From NCBI GenBank assembly GCA_964548125.1, contig CAZJQN010000002.1:1-60406 (forward strand): a stretch of DNA of 60,406 nt, written 5' to 3'. This DNA comes from an uncultured Bacteroidales bacterium (GTDB lineage Bacteria; Bacteroidota; Bacteroidia; Bacteroidales; JAAYUG01). Within the stretch, counting starts at the first letter, position 1, and each line of letters starts with the position of its first letter. The position numbers and the translations under genes were made by a program. Under the pieces are notes generated by a model. It was not told the origin of the DNA. It worked only from the letters and a program-made list of their open reading frames with translations, and did no database searches. Shown here piece after piece: positions 55,667-60,406 of this stretch.

Positions 55667-57070
55667 TTACGGTTTTACTCTTACTCTTTGCATCCTTCTT
55701 CTTCCTGTTCCGTCGGATTGACGGGCAGTATCCTTTATTTGCCGGTAGGTATTTTCCATTTCGCTTCTATGGATAGATTCTTCTCTTTTTTTCCTCTCCT
55801 GCGCTTTTTGCAGGATGACAGGAATGAGTTCCGAGCCATCTGTTTTCATCTTCGCAGCATTTTCAGGCTTTGACAACAGTATCCTGTCGCCTGCCTTTAA
55901 GCCCTGCTCCACAACAACTTCATTTTCATTTGTTTCGCCCAGAACAACAATTTGTTTTGTACCATTCTTTTTAAAAACATAAGGTATGCTGTCATCACTA
56001 AAGATTGCTTCGAGGGGTACAGAAAGAACATTGTCCAGTCTGGCAATTAGAATAGCATTGCCGGTTGTCATGGAAGGACGAAGTATAGGATCATATTCAT
56101 TAACTTTAATAATGACCTCAAAAACTTTGGCATCGGTATTGGGCAATTGTTCGCCTATATTAGCCACTTCGGTTACCACTCCGGTATATTTCTTCTCAGG
56201 GAAGGCGTCCACTGTAATCCTCACCGGCTGGCCGGGTTTAACTTTGCTGATATCAATTTCGTTTACGTAGGTTTTGGATATCATAGAGGTGAGGTCGGGT
56301 AGTGTTGCCACGGTCAGATCCCATGGGCTGATAGTGGAACCCACCTTTCGTTTTTCTCCGCTCCATTCACGGGCATAAATGACCATACCATCAGCCGGAG
56401 CGCGAATTATGAATTTTTCGAGTACGCTTTGCATTTCCGTCATTCGTCTGCGTGCCCTGGCGAGTTCGACGGCTGCCAGGCTCATATCTTCTCTGGCCTG
56501 CTGTTCCTTAAGAGAATAGTTTTTACGTGCCTGTTCATAATTTCTTTCAGTTTTCTCCAGATCAATTTGTGCCTGCCGAATGGTAGCCGGAGGTTCATAT
56601 TTGCTTTGTTCCAGTTTGATGCGGGCTTCTTCCATGCTGAACCGGAGGTTGATCAATTCGTCTCTCAGGTTGCGCAGAAGAATGGTTGTATCCAGCCGGG
56701 TTTTATTAAACTTCGATTCGGCTTTCTCTACTTCATCCATTATGTCTTTCAGTTGATTATCTGCCTCCGACCGGTCGAGTGTAGCAACATAGTCTCCTTC
56801 TTTTACCACAGTTCCTTCTGGAACAAGATCCTGAATCCGGATGTTGTTAAGTCTCAGGTTACGGCTGCGAAGTTCGATAGGCCCTGTAATATTCTGGGAG
56901 CGAGCTGCCTGGAGTTCTCCCGTTACGCTTACCAGAATCTCAAAAGGACCTTGTTTTACCTGAGTCTCGAGAACTACTTTCTTGTCTTGCCGTGAGGCAC
57001 CAAATAGGAAATAAATAACCAGAAGCGCGGCAATGGCAAAACTGATTATCCAGATAGTTCGTTTTTTCAT
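55667..57070 (-). CDS. HlyD/MacA-family periplasmic adaptor (membrane fusion protein)
   Basis: N-terminal anchor, lipoyl-like motif, long coiled-coil hairpin and beta-barrel region. There is an unusually basic ~50-aa C-terminal tail (KKREESIHR...GRRRMQRVRVKP). Confidence 0.85.
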   Translation of the reverse strand: MKKRTIWIISFAIAALLVIYFLFGASRQDKKVVLETQVKQGPFEILVSVTGELQAARSQNITGPIELRSRNLRLNNIRIQDLVPEGTVVKEGDYVATLDRSEADNQLKDIMDEVEKAESKFNKTRLDTTILLRNLRDELINLRFSMEEARIKLEQSKYEPPATIRQAQIDLEKTERNYEQARKNYSLKEQQAREDMSLAAVELARARRRMTEMQSVLEKFIIRAPADGMVIYAREWSGEKRKVGSTISPWDLTVATLPDLTSMISKTYVNEIDISKVKPGQPVRITVDAFPEKKYTGVVTEVANIGEQLPNTDAKVFEVIIKVNEYDPILRPSMTTGNAILIARLDNVLSVPLEAIFSDDSIPYVFKKNGTKQIVVLGETNENEVVVEQGLKAGDRILLSKPENAAKMKTDGSELIPVILQKAQERKKREESIHRSEMENTYRQIKDTARQSDGTGRRRMQRVRVKP

Positions 57071-57106
57071 TCCTGTTTATATTAGTTCAATGGACTGAAA
57101 ACTCAA

Positions 57107-58495
57107 TTATGAACCGGCAGATTGCAGAACTTTTTCCACCATGGCAGCAAAGCGGTCAGCCTCTTCGGCGGACGTTCCTTCACTGTAAATACGTATTATG
57201 GGTTCGGTATTTGATTTTCGTATATGTGCCCAACCTTCAGGGAAATCAATGCGTATTCCATCGATGTCGTTGATTTTCATATCTTTAAAATTTTCTTTCA
57301 CCTGTTTCAACAACTGGTCAATGTTTTTTCCTTCACTGATTTCAACTTTTCTTTTAGACATTACATAGTTGGGATAGCCTGCACGAAGTTCGGATGTTTT
57401 TTTTCCTGACCTTGCCAGGTGGCTGAGGAAAAGGGCAATGCCGACAAGAGCGTCTCTTCCGTAATGGAGGTCGGGTAGAATAACACCACCGTTTCCTTCA
57501 CCGCCAATCACTGCATTTACCTTTTTCATCATAGCCACTACATTTACTTCACCAACAGCAGAGGCGAAATACTGGCCGCCGTATTTTTCAGTAATATCTT
57601 TGAGGGCACGGGATGAGGAGAGGTTGGAAACGGTGTTTCCTTTTTTCATGGAAAGCACATAATCTGCTACAGCCACCAGAGTATATTCTTCACCGAACAT
57701 GCTTCCGTCTTCACACACAATGGCCAGACGGTCAACGTCAGGATCGACAACCAGGCCCAGGTGTGCCTTTTTACGGGGTACCACGACAGAAATTTCCGTC
57801 AGATGCTCAGGTAATGGCTCGGGATTATGCGTAAAAAGTCCGTCAGGGGTGCAGTTTAGCGGGATGACTTCCTGTACGCCAAGTGCTTTAAGTAATGCGG
57901 GTACGGCTATACCTCCCACGGAGTTGACGGCATCAACTGCAACTTTGAATTTTGCCTTACGGATAGCATCAGTATCAACATACGGGAGCTCGAGTATTTT
58001 CTGAATATGATATTCAAGATATCCTTCCCGCCTGGTGATAACGCCAAGCTGGTCAACTGGTACATAACTGAAATCATTTTTTTGTGCCAGATGAAGAATT
58101 TCTTCTCCTTCTTCTGCTGAAAGGAATTCGCCGTTATGCCCCAGCAATTTGAGTGCGTTCCACTGGATAGGGTTATGGCTGGCAGTGATAATAATTCCTC
58201 CCTGTGTTTTTTCGGCTAAAACGGCCATTTCGACGGTGGGTGTTGTTGCATATCCAAGCTGTATTACATTGATTCCGCAGGCTGACAGGGTTGCGGTTAC
58301 GAGCGATTCTACCATCGTGCCTGAAATACGGGCATCACGTCCTATAATTACCGTGGGTTTTATTCCGCGGAACCTCAGTCTGATAAATTTTGCATATGCA
58401 GTGGAAAAACGGACAATATCGAGAGGGGTCAATGCTTCTCCGGGTTTTCCTCCTATGGTGCCCCGTATTCCTGAAATTGAAGTGATGAGTGCCAT
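57107..58495 (-). CDS. glmM: Phosphoglucosamine mutase
   Basis: MALITSISGIRGTIGG, active-site ITASHNP, GGEGNGG and a C-terminal RKSNTEP. Length is 462 aa. Confidence 0.95.
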   Translation of the reverse strand: MALITSISGIRGTIGGKPGEALTPLDIVRFSTAYAKFIRLRFRGIKPTVIIGRDARISGTMVESLVTATLSACGINVIQLGYATTPTVEMAVLAEKTQGGIIITASHNPIQWNALKLLGHNGEFLSAEEGEEILHLAQKNDFSYVPVDQLGVITRREGYLEYHIQKILELPYVDTDAIRKAKFKVAVDAVNSVGGIAVPALLKALGVQEVIPLNCTPDGLFTHNPEPLPEHLTEISVVVPRKKAHLGLVVDPDVDRLAIVCEDGSMFGEEYTLVAVADYVLSMKKGNTVSNLSSSRALKDITEKYGGQYFASAVGEVNVVAMMKKVNAVIGGEGNGGVILPDLHYGRDALVGIALFLSHLARSGKKTSELRAGYPNYVMSKRKVEISEGKNIDQLLKQVKENFKDMKINDIDGIRIDFPEGWAHIRKSNTEPIIRIYSEGTSAEEADRFAAMVEKVLQSAGS

Positions 58496-58556
58496 TGCTG
58501 TTTTTTGACCTTAAAAGTACAAATAACTTCCTTTTTTAGGCTAATTTTGTATAACT

Positions 58557-59525
58557 ATGGTAACAACCAGGAAAAAAATTCATCCGGCGCCTGCGAAATG
58601 GACTCCGGGCAATGAGCCGGCTCTCAGACAGGGAGAAGTTCCAGGAGAGGGGCTGCGTCGAATTCTTTCGGAAGAATTACAATACTCACTTGGTCAGGTA
58701 GTCCGTCCCACGGAAGAAGTGCATCAGGCAGTTCACGAACTGCGAAAAACACTGAAACGCATAAGGGCTGTCTTTCGGCTCATGGAACCTGATATAGGGT
58801 ACTATTTGTGCCGGAAGGAAATACATAGATACAGAGATATGGCCCGGAACATTTCCTCTCTCAGAAGCCTGTATGTATGTCTTGAAACAATCAAGAAAAT
58901 CCGCCCTGTGCTTCCTAAAAAACTTGGCGGAGAGCCATTAGAAAAAACAGAAATAATTCTGCGCGGACAGTATGAATATCTTCTGAAGAAAAAAATTGAA
59001 GAAAAAAATGTATTTGAACTCATTCGCCAGGAACTTGCTGAAGCAAATCATTATATCAATGCCCTGCCTGCTCTTCATAATGATATTGCCCTTTATGAAA
59101 AAGCTGTGAGAAACTGTTTTCGTAAAGGAAGAAAATGCTGGCGTAAGGTGGCCAGAAAAGCAAATTCTTCCAATATTCATGAACTGAGAAAACAAATCAA
59201 ACTATTGCAGTTTCAGCTTCAAGTACTCTATCCCCTTTTGCCGGAAAAGCTTCAGAAACCTCTGGCTCAGCTGCAGAAACTCGCCCGTCTGAGCGGAGAT
59301 GAACATGATCTTTATGAACTTTCTTTGATGATTAAGAAATATTTGAAAGATGAACCATATAAAAAGGAACTTATATTTGGTATTTCTCGTATTATGCTGA
59401 AGTACCGGAAGCAATTCCTGCCGGCTGTCAGGAAGTTTTACAGTATTAAAAGCAAAAAGTTTATTGCCGAGCTAGGTTTAAGAAATATTCAAATTTCCGA
59501 AGCGTACGATTTAAAAAGCGCATAG
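58557..59525 (+). CDS. CHAD domain-containing protein
   Basis: Repeated CHAD helix signature with conserved basic residues: VHELRKTLKRIRAVFRL, IHELRKQIKLLQFQLQVL. The protein is all-helical and Lys/Arg-rich. Length is 322 aa. Confidence 0.8.
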   Translation: MVTTRKKIHPAPAKWTPGNEPALRQGEVPGEGLRRILSEELQYSLGQVVRPTEEVHQAVHELRKTLKRIRAVFRLMEPDIGYYLCRKEIHRYRDMARNISSLRSLYVCLETIKKIRPVLPKKLGGEPLEKTEIILRGQYEYLLKKKIEEKNVFELIRQELAEANHYINALPALHNDIALYEKAVRNCFRKGRKCWRKVARKANSSNIHELRKQIKLLQFQLQVLYPLLPEKLQKPLAQLQKLARLSGDEHDLYELSLMIKKYLKDEPYKKELIFGISRIMLKYRKQFLPAVRKFYSIKSKKFIAELGLRNIQISEAYDLKSA

Positions 59526-59526
59526 T

Positions 59527-60258
59527 ATGGGGCTTTTCGGTTCTGTAAACTGGTTCAATCAACAACAAAAAAGATCCCTGAAAATTTATGCTCTTATTTT
59601 CCTGGTTTGTTTAATTACGTGGCTGTGCGGTATTCTTTTCCTCCAAAACAAACCGGAGTTCCGCATTTTTGGTATTTCCGGGCTTCTTCTGGTTCTTTCA
59701 GGATTTATCATGGTTCCGTTGCAGAAAGTGGCGGGATTTCCTGACCTGTTCGACAAGGAAGTTCAGGGTAGAAAACGTTTTATCGAACCATTTGGCATCG
59801 GAATTATCTTTGCTATTGCCGACGTGGTTGTATTTAAACTGATTCTTCACCCGGAGCCCTATACCACTCTTCCTCCATTTCTTCAACCATTCCCATATTC
59901 CATTTTACTCTATTTCTCCGGGGCTGTTTATTGTGAGGTTCTTTACAGACTTCTGCCCTTCACATTGATTCTCTCTGTTGTAAGTTTAATAACCCATGGG
60001 AAAGGAGCAGGCAGGTATTTCTGGATTCTTGCCGTTCTTACCTCTCTCTGGGAACCTCTGGAACAAACAGGGAATGCGATGCCATGGGTGATGGTATACA
60101 CTTTTCTTAGCGGTTTCCTTTTTAATTTTTTGCAGGCGGTGTATTACAAGAAGGCAGGTTTTCTTTCTTCCCTTTCAGTTAGGCTTGGACATTATTTTCT
60201 GTGGCATATTCTGCTGGGAATCTACGTCCAGTATTATCTTATTACCGGGAATCCTTAA
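59527..60258 (+). CDS. Polytopic membrane protein of unknown function (about 6-7 TM helices); possibly a degenerate CPBP-like fold
   Basis: The ATG lies one nt after the CHAD stop (TAGTATG). Hydrophobic helices run throughout. AVYCEVLYRLLPF weakly resembles CPBP motif 1 (EExxxR) with only one Glu. I could not find the other catalytic motifs. Confidence 0.55.
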   Translation: MGLFGSVNWFNQQQKRSLKIYALIFLVCLITWLCGILFLQNKPEFRIFGISGLLLVLSGFIMVPLQKVAGFPDLFDKEVQGRKRFIEPFGIGIIFAIADVVVFKLILHPEPYTTLPPFLQPFPYSILLYFSGAVYCEVLYRLLPFTLILSVVSLITHGKGAGRYFWILAVLTSLWEPLEQTGNAMPWVMVYTFLSGFLFNFLQAVYYKKAGFLSSLSVRLGHYFLWHILLGIYVQYYLITGNP

Positions 60259-60406
60259 GTTTGATAAGATACTGGGTAGAGAACATCACTGGGGCCAATC
60301 CGATAAAGTCCAGAATGGTAAGCCTATAGTACTTTCTGCATATGCCAGTTGCCTGAAAGTACCAGTTCCATGGTGCGGCCGAAAGGACCTTCTTCCACGG
60401 CAGCCA

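Noticed and set aside
60259-60406. Possible 3' end of a minus-strand gene running off the window
   Set aside because: Two minus frames are open. One gives ...AAVEEGPFGRTMELVLSGNWHMQKVL*, ending at 60325. The other is a Trp-rich 55-codon frame ending at ~60240 that overlaps the upstream gene. The stretch is too short to pick a frame or a family, so it is not listed as a feature.

Overview
This is a chromosomal segment from a Bacteroidota genome. The evidence is type A and type B T9SS sorting domains, a PorP/SprF gene, TAnnTTTG -7 promoter boxes at sensible distances from start codons, and the DUF1573, DUF4783 and DUF2851 families. The window opens in the 3' end of 23S rRNA, followed by 5S rRNA and a long terminator hairpin. 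About 45 protein genes follow, and most are housekeeping (valS, pdxH, nadC, rlmH, purM, prfA, pyrF, rpsO, pnp, glmM, an aminotransferase, peptidases S46 and S9, and an MltF-like transglycosylase). I found no transposase, integrase, CRISPR array, tRNA or recognisable defence gene by eye.

The accessory content is as follows:
- A decayed patch at 5.1-6.7 kb contains an amber-interrupted secreted-protein gene, a PL11-like lyase fragment and a serine-hydrolase fragment.
- A divergent GH5/GH9 cellulase pair lacks SusC/SusD and has nested palindromes in the shared promoter region.
- A same-strand block runs from 21.9 to 36.8 kb. It holds a 1244-aa polytopic orphan histidine kinase, a 1404-aa glycine-rich type-B-CTD adhesin, PorP/SprF, a PD40+PKD protein, a secreted protein I cannot place in any family, and a Reg_prop/Y_Y_Y sensor fused to a SpoIIE/PP2C phosphatase.
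- A HlyD / MacB-type permease / TolC efflux operon has no ATPase gene.
- A CHAD-domain gene is tightly coupled to a gene for a polytopic membrane protein.

My best candidate for an undescribed system is the pair of the unknown protein and the PP2C sensor at 32.6-36.8 kb, possibly controlling the adjacent T9SS cargo cassette. This is inference from domain architecture and gene order only. All family assignments rest on motif recognition by eye and need HMM or structure searches.
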